Positions 62,937-64,000 of a stretch of DNA of 64,000 nt are shown in pieces (the stretch's first letter is position 1; each line of letters begins with the position of its first letter). The stretch spans positions 32,364,001 to 32,428,000 of the forward strand of contig CP158635.1 in assembly GCA_050273025.1 (NCBI GenBank). The letters are read 5' to 3'. The stretch is from Cenococcum geophilum (lineage: Eukaryota). The notes under the pieces are model-generated. The model saw nothing but the letters and a program-made list of their open reading frames with translations. It ran no database searches and was not told where the DNA came from. Made by a program: the position numbers and the translations under genes.

Positions 62937-64000
62937 ATAGACAATCTAATTATATAGGCTTGCGCGACCCTTTTGCCGTACTTATACCTTAATTAACTAA
63001 GTCGCTAATATTATTTAAAGCTCATCTACTCTTCTTCTTAGGAAAAAACTTAAATATATCTATAGGACTATAAATAGGAATAGAATATAAAAGTAGACCT
63101 AAAGACTATTACCAAAACTAGAAGAATAGAAAAGAATAATAAGACCTATAGAATATGTATAGACTAGAACCCCTATAAAATCCTAATAAAAGTTACCCTA
63201 ATAACTATACTACTATACTAAAAATATAGCAGCTGGTAAAGTAGCTATAGGACCCTTAAATACCTCTAATAGTAAAATAGCAACTAACTTAAACTCCTAG
63301 GTAGAGCTTATAGCAGCTAATGCCGAAATTAAATAACTTTAAACGCTATTTAAAGCTAGAGAACCCCCTATACCTAATAAAGAGTTATTAAACACCTAGA
63401 GACTTGCTATAGTCCTTAAGGCCCTAGCCTAATATATAGTATTAGCATTATTACGGTTCGCGAAGGTCGCGGACTCCCTATTACTTATTAATGGAACTAA
63501 TTCTATATTTAATAACTAGAAGCTTTAATTATAAAATAAGCTTAAAGTTAATACGGACCACTTCCCTACTATTTAAGCTAAAATGGCCTATATCTTCGGC
63601 CGTACCAGTAAAGACGTATAGACGCATCTACGTTTATAATATATATAGGACTTAGCAGATCCCTTCCTATTTAGAGAAGAGATAATCGCTTACCTATCTT
63701 CTATTTATAAGGACCCCTTTAAAATATAGAATATATAGCTTAATTATAAAAGCCTAAATATAAAAATAATAGAGACATTATAACTATTTTGCGAATTTAC
63801 CTCCGCATTAACGGACGAAGGTAGTATAATATTCCCTTCCTTATTACGGACCTGGGAAGCTATAATATAATTTTAGAAAGAAAATGGCTAGCCTATTTAG
63901 GCTTATAGCTTAATATATAGAGTAGGCGGCTTATTTAGCCTAAAACCCTACCCCTAACCCCTCCTTTTATGGAAGAAATTAGCATTATAATAGAAAACCT
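62937..64000 (+). mobile_element. Gypsy family A (copy A3): truncated 5' LTR (62937-63010) plus gag region, running off the window
   Basis: Matches the 3' part of LTR 3646-3859 and the reverse complement of ~21700-23002, with an internal deletion at ~63777. Confidence 0.88.

Noticed and set aside
1..64000. Starship or other giant tyrosine-recombinase element carrying the gene islands
   Set aside because: No DUF3435/tyrosine-recombinase captain or boundary motif was recognised in this window. It cannot be excluded beyond the window edges.

Overview
This is filamentous-ascomycete (Pezizomycotina-type) genomic DNA. About 85% of the window is nested transposable elements degraded by repeat-induced point mutation (RIP: TpA-rich, with W/Q codons converted to stops). 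Two small GC-balanced gene islands survive. Island 1 (~12.3-19.7 kb) holds a D-amino-acid-oxidase pseudogene, a four-exon Zn2Cys6 transcription factor (- strand) with three long, self-complementary introns, and a divergent AT-hook/bHLH transcription factor (+ strand). Their shared promoter carries a CGG-N6-CGG array, a CCAAT/E-box, a 74-bp perfect palindrome and a MITE dimer. Island 2 (~59.8-62.1 kb) holds a Clr5-domain gene. The TE landscape resolves by LTRs, TIRs and target-site duplications (TSDs). On the left, a Copia host contains a Gypsy and a second Copia, which carries MITEs and a hAT-like element with a variable minisatellite. Near 19.7-24 kb a Tc1 relic is split by a deleted Gypsy, which carries a Harbinger-like MITE. 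A ~5.3-kb Copia is inflated to 35 kb (24677-59764) by two LINEs, two sister chromoviruses, two solo LTRs and a Fot1/pogo element. All coordinates and translations were read by eye and no database searches were run. Family letters (A-E) are my own labels.
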